A program made the translations under genes and the position numbers. A model generated the notes under the pieces. It had not been told where the DNA came from and made no database searches. It saw only the letters and a list, made by a program, of their open reading frames with translations. Below are positions 9,344-17,271 of a stretch of 54,102 nucleotides of DNA, in pieces. How positions within the stretch are numbered: the stretch's first letter is position 1; each line of letters opens with the position of its first letter. The stretch is from a virus (lineage: Duplodnaviria > Caudoviricetes), in IMG/VR virus record IMGVR_UViG_3300048576_000547, positions 1-54,102 of that record. The stretch is one strand, 5' to 3'.

Positions 9344-10368
9344 TGCTGTGCGACGAGATCATCGAAACCTACACGCGAGGCGAAGCCGCGTTCTTTCGTA
9401 AAGTCGAAGGCCCGGAATTCGAGCGGGTGCTCGACAAGATCAGGCGCGCGCACAAGTTCGTCTTTAACGAACGGACAACGGGCATCTTGCATGACGTAAA
9501 AGACATGAAGCCGTCGGGGGTTCTTGCCCTTCTGGATTTTGCTATGCCGCCTTACGGCCTGACCTGGCTCGAATTTCCTCAGATCGAGTTCCACCACAAT
9601 GTTGAATTCCGCGCCGTTGCGGGAAAGCCGCCGACGAAACGCATAGGCTTTCTTGTGGAGCAGACAGGCGACGGCGAACTGCTTATGACCATGGGCTATT
9701 CTTTCAGGAACGCAATTAATCCGCCGACCATCCATCAGATACGCGTCTCTTTCAGGCATCGGCGCTTCTCCGAAATGGAAGAAAGCATTTTCTTTCCGGC
9801 ATTAAAACGGCTTTCCGACGAAGGAATGGATGCGCAGCAAGCCGAGGAAATGCGGTGCATCGTCGAAGAAGCGAATGCCTTCGCCGCTTCTCTGACGCCA
9901 AAGGAAAAAGCCTGCGCGCTGAGCCTTGATCGCATGTTCGTCAAAAAGGCGCATCCGGCCTTTCTTCAGACCCTTGCTAGGACAAACGCCCGCTACGGAG
10001 CGAAAAAGTTCGATGCGTATATGCAGTCTATGTGCAACGACTGGCATGGAGATGAAGGCATTCCGCTATTCGCCTTCGCCTTTCTCTCTTGCCGAAACGT
10101 TTTCGAGGTTTCGGAGGCCGACATCTCCGACAAACTGAACCGCGCGCGCGTCAAGCGCGGGAAAGAGCCGTTTTTCTCCTACCACATGGTCGATCTCAAG
10201 CCGGAGATGAAAAGCAGACTCGACGCCTCGGCAAACACCGGCATTCAGCAGCGCCGCCATTGGGTGCGCGGCCACTTCAAGGAAAGGAAAACAGGCCGCT
10301 TCTTCTGGCACCCGCATCTGGCTGGCAATCCCGATCTTGGGTTCGTCGCCAAGGATTATAAGGCATGA
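9343..10368 (+). CDS. Hypothetical phage protein
   Basis: TAATG coupling; basic C-terminal RRHWVRGHF...WHPHLAG motif. Confidence 0.8.
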   Translation: MLCDEIIETYTRGEAAFFRKVEGPEFERVLDKIRRAHKFVFNERTTGILHDVKDMKPSGVLALLDFAMPPYGLTWLEFPQIEFHHNVEFRAVAGKPPTKRIGFLVEQTGDGELLMTMGYSFRNAINPPTIHQIRVSFRHRRFSEMEESIFFPALKRLSDEGMDAQQAEEMRCIVEEANAFAASLTPKEKACALSLDRMFVKKAHPAFLQTLARTNARYGAKKFDAYMQSMCNDWHGDEGIPLFAFAFLSCRNVFEVSEADISDKLNRARVKRGKEPFFSYHMVDLKPEMKSRLDASANTGIQQRRHWVRGHFKERKTGRFFWHPHLAGNPDLGFVAKDYKA

Positions 10369-10378
10369 GGGAGGCTGC

Positions 10379-11383
10379 GTGAATGTGCTCGACCTCTTTT
10401 CAGGCATCGGCGGGTTCAGCCTCGGTCTCGAAGCGGCGGGCATGCGAACCGTCGCGTTCTGCGAAATTGAGCCGTACTGCCAAACCATCCTGCGCGAGCG
10501 ATGGCCCGGCGTGCAAGTCCACGAAGACGTGCGCAAGCTCGACGGATTCCGCTACAGGGGAACAGTTGACCTTGTTTGCGGCGGATACCCTTGCCAGCCC
10601 TTCAGCATGGCAGGACGCCGCGCTGGCGCGGAAGATGAAAGACACCTCTGGCCGGAAATGCTGCGCGTTATACGAGGCTGCGGGCCGCGATGGGTCGTTG
10701 CCGAAAACGTTGCTGGGCATATTACGCTCGGTTTCGACGAAGTTGCCTCATCGCTGGAAGCTGAAGGCTTCGCCGTCTGGCCGTTTGTACTTCCAGCTTG
10801 CGCTGTTGGCGCTCCCCACCGGCGAGACAGACTTTGGATTGTGGCTCACGCCAAGAGCCAAGGAAAGCAGCGAAAGGCCGGAGACGTTTCTGAAACGAAT
10901 GGGCGACCGCAGCGCGAGATGTCGCGGCAGCCTGACGGCGCAGGTTATGTGGCCAACCCCCAAGGCGCATGCGGGATCGAACCGGCGTCAGAAACCGACA
11001 CCAGCGCAACTGGCGGGCAAAGCGGGGATGGATTTGTCAGTCGCAGTAAAGCTGTGGCCGACGCCTCACGGCTTCAGCCCAGACGGCAAAAGCAACGGGC
11101 CGAGCGGCAACGAACTGGGTCGCGCCGTCAATCAGTCGATGCTTCTTCTGGCGTCTCCGACAGCACAGGATGCGCCCAACAACGGCGGGGCTTCTCAGCC
11201 TTTCCGGAATTCCTCGCCCCTCAATGCAGCGGTTGGTGGGAGTCTGAACCCGATGTGGGTCGAGTGGCTCATGGGATATCCCATCGGGTGGACAGGCTGC
11301 GCGCTCTCGGCAACGCCATCGTCCCGCAAATCGCGGCGATCATCGGACAAGCCATCATGACCTATGAAAAGGAGAACCCGTGA
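10379..11383 (+). CDS. C5-cytosine DNA methyltransferase, alpha chain (motifs I-VIII and X)
   Basis: GGAGG then GTG start; FSGIGG, GYPCQPFS, ENV, HRRDRLWIVA, RLRALGNAIVP; no motif IX in this frame. Confidence 0.92.
   Translation: MNVLDLFSGIGGFSLGLEAAGMRTVAFCEIEPYCQTILRERWPGVQVHEDVRKLDGFRYRGTVDLVCGGYPCQPFSMAGRRAGAEDERHLWPEMLRVIRGCGPRWVVAENVAGHITLGFDEVASSLEAEGFAVWPFVLPACAVGAPHRRDRLWIVAHAKSQGKQRKAGDVSETNGRPQREMSRQPDGAGYVANPQGACGIEPASETDTSATGGQSGDGFVSRSKAVADASRLQPRRQKQRAERQRTGSRRQSVDASSGVSDSTGCAQQRRGFSAFPEFLAPQCSGWWESEPDVGRVAHGISHRVDRLRALGNAIVPQIAAIIGQAIMTYEKENP
10383..11360 (+). CDS. Nested +1-frame ORF, putative beta chain of the C5 methyltransferase (TRD-like WPTP repeats and motif IX)
   Basis: Open for 325 codons inside the MTase gene. 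Carries WLTP/WPTP/WPTP/LASP repeats and LNPMWVEWLMGYPIGWT (motif IX-like). True start codon unknown. Confidence 0.75.
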   Translation: MCSTSFQASAGSASVSKRRACEPSRSAKLSRTAKPSCASDGPACKSTKTCASSTDSATGEQLTLFAADTLASPSAWQDAALARKMKDTSGRKCCALYEAAGRDGSLPKTLLGILRSVSTKLPHRWKLKASPSGRLYFQLALLALPTGETDFGLWLTPRAKESSERPETFLKRMGDRSARCRGSLTAQVMWPTPKAHAGSNRRQKPTPAQLAGKAGMDLSVAVKLWPTPHGFSPDGKSNGPSGNELGRAVNQSMLLLASPTAQDAPNNGGASQPFRNSSPLNAAVGGSLNPMWVEWLMGYPIGWTGCALSATPSSRKSRRSSDKPS

Positions 11384-11721
11384 AATGGTGCGCCATTTGT
11401 TACCGCCAACAGCGCGGCTTCGGCTTTATGCCCGCCTTGATCGGCCAACCCCAAAAACCAGCGCGGCGTTTTTGCAGCATGCGCTGCCTCGATCTTTACG
11501 CACGTCTGTTTAAGGAAGGAAACGGCATGATTGACATGACGGATTTTGAACGCGCTTCTATTCATGCCTGCCTTGTTCCGCTCGGCGAATGCGTGGCCGA
11601 GATCGGGATGGATAAGCCCTTGTCTGCCTATAGCAAAGAACAGGTGCTCACGCTGATCGAGGTGATCGTCACGGCCTATCAGGATGCCATGCGCAAGGGC
11701 AGTCCGGAGGTGCCGTTTTGA
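11380..11721 (+). CDS. DUF6511-like zinc-finger phage protein
   Basis: CAIC...FCSMRC; MIDMTDFE...IGMDKPL...EVPF. Confidence 0.75.
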   Translation: MKWCAICYRQQRGFGFMPALIGQPQKPARRFCSMRCLDLYARLFKEGNGMIDMTDFERASIHACLVPLGECVAEIGMDKPLSAYSKEQVLTLIEVIVTAYQDAMRKGSPEVPF

Positions 11722-12491
11722 GCATGCTTGATTTCAATCACGGCTCGGATCGCGCCGCGCAGGATCCGCGCTCGATCCCCATCGGCCAGCGTATCAACGA
11801 TCTCATTGATGCAGCGCTGATAGCGGAACGCGCTACGCAGCCGCGCCGAGAATATCTGGGCGCGTCCATGCTTGGCGACCCATGTTCTCGTCGCATCCAG
11901 TACGAGTATGTTGGCGCGCCCAAGGATCAGGGTAAGGATTTTGACGGCCAGACCCTGCGTATCTTTGCGGCTGGGCATCAGTTCGAGGCGCTGTCGATCA
12001 AGTGGCTGCGCGCGGCTGGGTTCGATCTGCGCACGGAAAAAACGGACGGCGGACAGTTTGGCTTCTCGGTCGCCAAGGGCCGCATCAAGGGACATATCGA
12101 TGGCGTCGTTGTCAACGGCCCGTCATGGTTTCTCTATCCCGCGCTGTGGGAACACAAGGCGCTTAAGGACAAAAGCTGGCAGGATTTGGTCAAACGCGGC
12201 CTTGCGATCTCCAAGCCGCTCTATGCGGCACAAGTCGCGCTCTATCAGGGCTATATGCCCGATTTGGCGCAAGCGCCTGCGTTGTTTACGGCCTTAAACA
12301 AGGACACGGAAGAACTCTATCACGAGCTTGTGCCGTTCGACGCCTCCTTGGCGCAAAGCACGAGCGACAAGGCTGTGAACATTCTGCGCGCCACGGATGC
12401 CGGAGAGTTGCTGCCGCGCATGGCATCAAACCCAGACTTCTATCTCTGCCTCTGCTGCCCCTACGCCCAAAGGTGCTGGCATGGCGGATAA
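11718..12491 (+). CDS. Cas4-like PD-(D/E)XK exonuclease
   Basis: YLGASMLGDPCSRR, GHIDG, LWEHK, QVALYQ, C-terminal CxxCPYxxxC. Confidence 0.88.
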   Translation: MSMLDFNHGSDRAAQDPRSIPIGQRINDLIDAALIAERATQPRREYLGASMLGDPCSRRIQYEYVGAPKDQGKDFDGQTLRIFAAGHQFEALSIKWLRAAGFDLRTEKTDGGQFGFSVAKGRIKGHIDGVVVNGPSWFLYPALWEHKALKDKSWQDLVKRGLAISKPLYAAQVALYQGYMPDLAQAPALFTALNKDTEELYHELVPFDASLAQSTSDKAVNILRATDAGELLPRMASNPDFYLCLCCPYAQRCWHGG

Positions 12492-14649
12492 GATGGACTT
12501 TAATGATGCCCGCAAACAGGGGCCGCTTGATCCTCGCGCCAAGATCGACGCCGCGCAGGTCAAGCAACGCATGGCGGATTGCCATCGGCAAATCCTTGAC
12601 CATCTATTGCCGGGCGGCCTCTATGTCGGCGAAGAGTTTCATTGCGGCAACATCTCAGGGATACCCGGCGACAGCCTTAAGCTCAGCGTGCGCAAAAACA
12701 AGATGGGCGTGGGCGAGGATTTCGCCACGGGCCAGAAGTTCGGCGACCTGATCGATGTTTGGAAAGCCGTGCGAGGCGAGGATTACTGGACGGCGCTTCA
12801 AAACATCGCGGCCTTTCTGAATATCGCCGAGCGCATGCCAGCGCCGAAACCTCAAAAGGTTTCTAAAAACCAACCCGACATGGGACAACCCGTCGCGCAG
12901 TATAATTATACCGACGCGGCTGGCGTGATCCAGCTTGTCGTCTACCGGCATGAATATCAGGAAAACGGCAAGCGCAAAAAGGCCTTCAAAATATGGAACG
13001 CCGTCACGCACAAATGGGAGGCGCCTAAATCAGGCCGCCCACTCTATAACCAAACGGGCATCGTGGATGTCGACACGGTCATTCTGGTCGAGGGCGAAAA
13101 AGCGGCGGACGCGCTCATAGGCTCCGGCATCCCTGCGACCAGCGCCTTGAGCGGCTCTAATGCGCCGACCGATAAGACGGACTGGTCGCCTCTAGCTGGC
13201 AAGCGCGTTCTGATCTGGCCGGACAACGACGCGACGGGTTTGTCCTATGCGCAAGCCGCCGCCAAAGCTGCGTTGGCAACAGGCGCAGCAAGTGTCGGCA
13301 TCCTTTCTCTGCCGCAGGACAAAACCGAAGGCTGGGATGCGGCGGACGCTTGCGTCGAAGGCTTCGACATCCCCGCGTTTTTGGAACAGCCCATTGAAAC
13401 GCTCGCGCCTTCCGTTGAACAACGAGGGCCTTTTCACATCACGGACTGGTCTGCCAACCGCTTCAAGACAGGCCAATCAAAGCCCGTTGAATGGCTGGTC
13501 GAAGACGTGATCCCCATGAACTGCGCCGGAATCTTCGCGGCGACGGGCGGCGCAGGCAAAGGGATGCTCATTCTTGATCTCTCGTTGAAAGTCGCCATGC
13601 CCGGCATGACGGGTGGGCTTCTCGATGTGAAGCCGATGGCGTTTGGCCATCCCGTGACCGCCACGGGGGCAGCCGTGATCTTCGCGGCGGAAGACGATTG
13701 GGACGAATTGCACCGCCGCCTTGATCGACTTGACCCGGAAGGACGGCGCGAGCACCCGAACGTGCGGCTCTTTCCCATTCCCTTGCCGAGCGCGTCCGGA
13801 CCCATGACTTTGTTTTCGACCTCGCCGGAGGGAACGAAAACTACGCCGCTTTGGGACATGATCACGTCAGAGCTTGAGGCCATTCCAGATTTGCGCCTTG
13901 TCGTGTTCGATCCGCTCGCTTGCTTCATCAACGTCAGCATCGACGGGGACAACAACGCCGCGCAGTACATCCTGAGCATGTTCTCCTTCATGGCGGCGCA
14001 GCTGAAAATCTCCATCATCCTGTGCCACCACACGACCAAGGACAGCGGCTCGCGCGGCGGACACAAGATCACGGCGATGGCGGCGCGCAACACCATTCGC
14101 GGCGCTTCGGCGCTCGTGAACGGCGGTCGCTGGGCGTATGTCCTCTGGACGGACGAAAAAGCCAATCTGCGCGAGGAATGCAAATGGCTGAACATCGAGT
14201 GGGAAGAGGATTTTCTCTTCAAGGGCGCTCTCGTCAAAGGCAACCTCGGCGGCGACAAGAGCATCCACACTTTCACGCGCGACAAGAAAACAGGTCTTCT
14301 GATCGACCGCACGCACGAGTTCCGGCGCTCGGTCTATGCCCACAAGGATCAGATGCTCGACAGTCTCGTGGAAGCCGTGGAGAAAGCGGCGAAGGCGGGA
14401 CTGCCATACACGAAGACGGGTGCGAACAGCCTTTACGAGCGCCGCGAGGAATTGCCCGAACCCTTCCACAAGCTGGGCCGCATCGCGTTCGAAAACTCCG
14501 TTCAAAATCTTTTGAACAACCAAATTCTCGTCAAGGCCGCCGCCAAGGGCAGCAAGACCGTCCAATGGCTCGATGTGCCGGATGGCCCCTTTGCTTTAGG
14601 CGTTGGCAACTTTGCCGTGGGCAAAAAAGGAGCCGCTCATGAAAATTAA
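12481..14649 (+). CDS. Primase-helicase (TOPRIM plus RepA/AAA_25 helicase)
   Basis: VEGEKAADAL, WPDND, GWDAAD; ATGGAGKG, VVFDP, CHHTTK, RGASAL. Confidence 0.92.
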   Translation: MADKMDFNDARKQGPLDPRAKIDAAQVKQRMADCHRQILDHLLPGGLYVGEEFHCGNISGIPGDSLKLSVRKNKMGVGEDFATGQKFGDLIDVWKAVRGEDYWTALQNIAAFLNIAERMPAPKPQKVSKNQPDMGQPVAQYNYTDAAGVIQLVVYRHEYQENGKRKKAFKIWNAVTHKWEAPKSGRPLYNQTGIVDVDTVILVEGEKAADALIGSGIPATSALSGSNAPTDKTDWSPLAGKRVLIWPDNDATGLSYAQAAAKAALATGAASVGILSLPQDKTEGWDAADACVEGFDIPAFLEQPIETLAPSVEQRGPFHITDWSANRFKTGQSKPVEWLVEDVIPMNCAGIFAATGGAGKGMLILDLSLKVAMPGMTGGLLDVKPMAFGHPVTATGAAVIFAAEDDWDELHRRLDRLDPEGRREHPNVRLFPIPLPSASGPMTLFSTSPEGTKTTPLWDMITSELEAIPDLRLVVFDPLACFINVSIDGDNNAAQYILSMFSFMAAQLKISIILCHHTTKDSGSRGGHKITAMAARNTIRGASALVNGGRWAYVLWTDEKANLREECKWLNIEWEEDFLFKGALVKGNLGGDKSIHTFTRDKKTGLLIDRTHEFRRSVYAHKDQMLDSLVEAVEKAAKAGLPYTKTGANSLYERREELPEPFHKLGRIAFENSVQNLLNNQILVKAAAKGSKTVQWLDVPDGPFALGVGNFAVGKKGAAHEN

Positions 14650-14696
14650 TTTCATCCTCCCCTGCGCCGATGTTCCTATCCGTTTTGGCAATGGCT

Positions 14697-14894
14697 CCGT
14701 CACTAGTCACTACGTCACTACCCAGTTATGGCTCTTAGTTAGTGACGTTCTAACCCGCAGTTTTGCTCAAAAAACCGTCACTAGTGACGGATCGTCCCTA
14801 ACTAGGCAAAAAGCTAAGCTTTCTGCGGCCTGCAGCGTCACTAGCCCCCCATATATAAATATATACCCCCCAGTGATGGGACACTGGGGGTATA
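14697..14894. repeat. Iteron-like GTCACTA repeats and palindromes, candidate replication origin
   Basis: (C)GTCACTA at 14698, 14706, 14713, 14776, 14836; inverted TAGTGACG at 14740 and 14782; 16-bp palindrome CCGTCACTAGTGACGG 14775-14790; AT tract ATATATAAATATATA; inverted repeat TATACCCCCCAGTG/CACTGGGGGTATA 14862-14894. Confidence 0.7.
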
Positions 14895-15003
14895 CAAATT
14901 TTTCTCTCACACAGGATCCGTCAAGCGATGCCCCGCGATCACATCCGGCGCAATACCTTTCGCTTGCCCGTTTTTCCCCGAAGCAACAAAGGAGGTTCAA
15001 GCG

Positions 15004-15321
15004 ATGACCGGTACCTTGATCAAGGCGCGTGATGCGAACATTTACTGGCGCTACTCCCACACGAACCGCGTCTATGACGTGCGCGTGCGGGATCGGTTTG
15101 ATTTGTGCGAAGAGCGCGTCACCTCAAGCGGCGCGTTCTGGACGGGTTGGAAACACGCGCGCGGCACAAGCCCCGAAACGCTTTTCGGCGAAATGCTCAT
15201 CCGCTACGGCTTCACCTCGCTTGAGGAAGCGCGGATCGCTCTCCTGCAGTTTGCCAAGATCGACAACTGCCAATGGGCGCGCAACATGCTTGACGCAAAA
15301 ATGTATGGGAGGGTCGCATGA
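15004..15321 (+). CDS. Hypothetical phage protein
   Basis: GGAGG RBS; ATGA-coupled to the next gene. Confidence 0.7.
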   Translation: MTGTLIKARDANIYWRYSHTNRVYDVRVRDRFDLCEERVTSSGAFWTGWKHARGTSPETLFGEMLIRYGFTSLEEARIALLQFAKIDNCQWARNMLDAKMYGRVA

Positions 15322-15749
15322 AATCTTCCAAACACCTCAGCATGAGCGATGTCGCGGACAGGCTGGAACAAGCCGCGCATACCTTGCGCCGTCTTCCGCC
15401 CGTCAAAGTGCGCGGTTATTTCGGGACATGGCCGCAGATCATGCAGGAGGCGATCTACGCTTACGGCTGGGAAGAAGCGCGGATCAAGCTCGGCCCGCCT
15501 TCGGCGCGCCACATCACCGAGATGGACGAAGCCCTGCGTTGGCTCATGTGGCTTGAGCGTGAGGAAGTCACGCTTCTGTGGCTCCGCGCGTGCGGCCTCA
15601 AATGGAAGAAGATCAACCGTCTTCTCGGCTGGTCGGTGCGCAAACTCCAGTACGATTGGCGAATCGCTCTCGCCAAAATCGAGTATCGGCTGGCCAATCC
15701 GGACATGAAGTTTGAGCTTCCCTGCGTCAAAAGAATCCGAAACGGATAG
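15318..15749 (+). CDS. DUF6362-like protein, putative late transcription regulator
   Basis: VADRLEQAAHTLRRLP...GYFGTWP...PPSA..ITEMDEALRWL..WLRA.G..WK; last early gene before cos. Confidence 0.8.
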   Translation: MKSSKHLSMSDVADRLEQAAHTLRRLPPVKVRGYFGTWPQIMQEAIYAYGWEEARIKLGPPSARHITEMDEALRWLMWLEREEVTLLWLRACGLKWKKINRLLGWSVRKLQYDWRIALAKIEYRLANPDMKFELPCVKRIRNG

Positions 15750-15900
15750 GCGAGAATGCGCAAAACCATCGGTAAACGATTCAAATGCCTGAAAAATGTC
15801 GTGCGCATAATAGTTGTGCGCGTTTTGCGCAGTTTTAGGCATAATCTTGGTTATGATTTGGGAAACCCACGCGCGACGAATGTGGGCGCTGGCGGGCAAA

Positions 15901-16165
15901 ACACCGTCGACACTATCGAACAGTATCCAACACCTTCGGATAAGTGCCGAGACCTTCCGAACAGGGTCGAACGTCATCCGACATCATGCGGATATGGTCG
16001 CACAATCCAGCAATCTTATGATATTTTCAGCAAAGAAAACGCATCGAAGATTGCCTGATCCGGCCAACACCGTTCGACACCGTCGAACACTATCCGATAG
16101 CGTGTGACACCCTCGGAACAGCTTCGACACTATCGAACATCATCGAACAGTATCGTACATGATCG
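15901..16165 (+). repeat. Two arrays of degenerate ~10-bp tandem repeats (consensus ACACTATCGA)
   Basis: About 10 units at 15901-16000 and about 10 units at 16067-16165; CGACACTATCGAACA is exact at 15908 and 16125. Confidence 0.85.
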
Positions 16166-16220
16166 CGGCATTCTCGGCTTTGCCGCGCCGTGTGATGTGC
16201 GCCTCGTTCACGGAGAAGCG

Positions 16221-16634
16221 ATGAGCATCCTGCCCACCATCAAGAATTGCCTGCGCGCCATTGCGGCTTTGGCCGTGCGCGTGCGCAGCGCGATAACCCC
16301 AACCCTTTCTTCAACCAGCCAACAAACGGAGACAAGCATGACCGATCCCCAAACGACCGACGCCACATCACAGACTGCGAACACCGATGCGGCGACCGAC
16401 GCCGCCCCCGCGCAGGCCGAGACGCAAGAACCGCGCGACCTCGATTTTGTTTTCGAGCAGTACGAAGCCGCGCTTGTCGACTTCAAAGACAAGCTCGACC
16501 AAGCCAACGCCGCCAAGGCCACGGCCATCTCGGCTGCCCAGCGCGTCGCCGATCTCAAAAAGGAACTCGATACGCTTGAAGGCGATGTCGAAAAAAGCTT
16601 CGCGTCTGTCGAAGCGTTCTTGGCAAGCGCATAG
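16221..16634 (+). CDS. Hypothetical coiled-coil protein (alternative start 16338)
   Basis: GGAG RBS before both ATG 16221 and ATG 16338; acidic T/A-rich linker followed by a heptad-rich helix. Confidence 0.7.
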   Translation: MSILPTIKNCLRAIAALAVRVRSAITPTLSSTSQQTETSMTDPQTTDATSQTANTDAATDAAPAQAETQEPRDLDFVFEQYEAALVDFKDKLDQANAAKATAISAAQRVADLKKELDTLEGDVEKSFASVEAFLASA

Positions 16635-16704
16635 GTCGAGCCAAAATGGATAAGGCATCCACCCGCATTGGATGGGGGTGGGTAGCCTATCCCTTTGAAA
16701 TCTT

Positions 16705-16758
16705 GGGTCCTTCCAGCCGGAAAACGTATGCTGGCGGCAAGAGCGCGGGACTTCGCTA
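16705..16758 (+). other. Lambda-like cos site (cosQ-cosN-I2)
   Basis: GGGTCCT (identical to lambda cosQ), then TATGCTGGCGGCAAGAGCGCGGGACTTCGCTA versus lambda TTACGGGGCGGCGACCTCGCGGGTTTTCGCTA (recalled from memory); the terminase is GpA-type. Confidence 0.75.
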
Positions 16759-16926
16759 CATGTAGGGTCGAAAAGCGGGAAGCCACCCCACAGGTTGTGG
16801 TTTCAAGCGCAGCCCGATTATTTCATGGAAAACAAAGCGTTAAGTCAGCTTGGCGGGTGGATTCCGACAAGTGGATTCTTTGCCCAAGGAAGCCAGCCCG
16901 CATCCAAAAATGAAAAGTGAGAAAAA

Positions 16927-17271
16927 ATGACAACCTACACCATCTGGCAAGTCGCCGAGGCTGTTGGCGCGACGAAAATGCAAATCGAAAAATGGATATC
17001 GCGTGGGCTTTTTGAACCGTCACAAAGTGTCCCAGAAAAGCGGGCGCGAGAATATATCTTCGATGACGTCGTTCATCTTGCCGCGATAGTCTCTTTGCAA
17101 AAGTTCGGTGTGAGTGTGAAACGCGCCGCGTCTATTGCAGGGGCCGCGCTGAAATCCGCCGATCCGATGGCTCATGCCCTAAAAGGCATTACCGGCGTTT
17201 ATGTGAATATCGAAAACATCCGCAAAGACACAAGAGCATCCCTGAAAAGGGTCGTCGGACAAAATGCCTAA
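16927..17271 (+). CDS. MerR-like winged-HTH protein
   Basis: YTIWQVAEAVGAT...IEKWISRGLFEP...REYIFDDV...LQKFGVS. Confidence 0.7.
   Translation: MTTYTIWQVAEAVGATKMQIEKWISRGLFEPSQSVPEKRAREYIFDDVVHLAAIVSLQKFGVSVKRAASIAGAALKSADPMAHALKGITGVYVNIENIRKDTRASLKRVVGQNA

Noticed and set aside
14603-15007. 134-aa ORF after the primase-helicase
   Set aside because: It spans the iteron and palindrome cluster, and its repeated VT/SD residues simply mirror the DNA repeats. Coding is not excluded given the ATG at 14639, but it is unsupported.
15756-16107. ORFs 15756-16058 and 15814-16107
   Set aside because: They run through non-triplet repeats and have no clear RBS or protein motif.
15901-16165. CRISPR array
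   Set aside because: Units are 10 bp, contiguous and degenerate, with no unique spacers. The Cas4-like gene is a typical stand-alone phage exonuclease.
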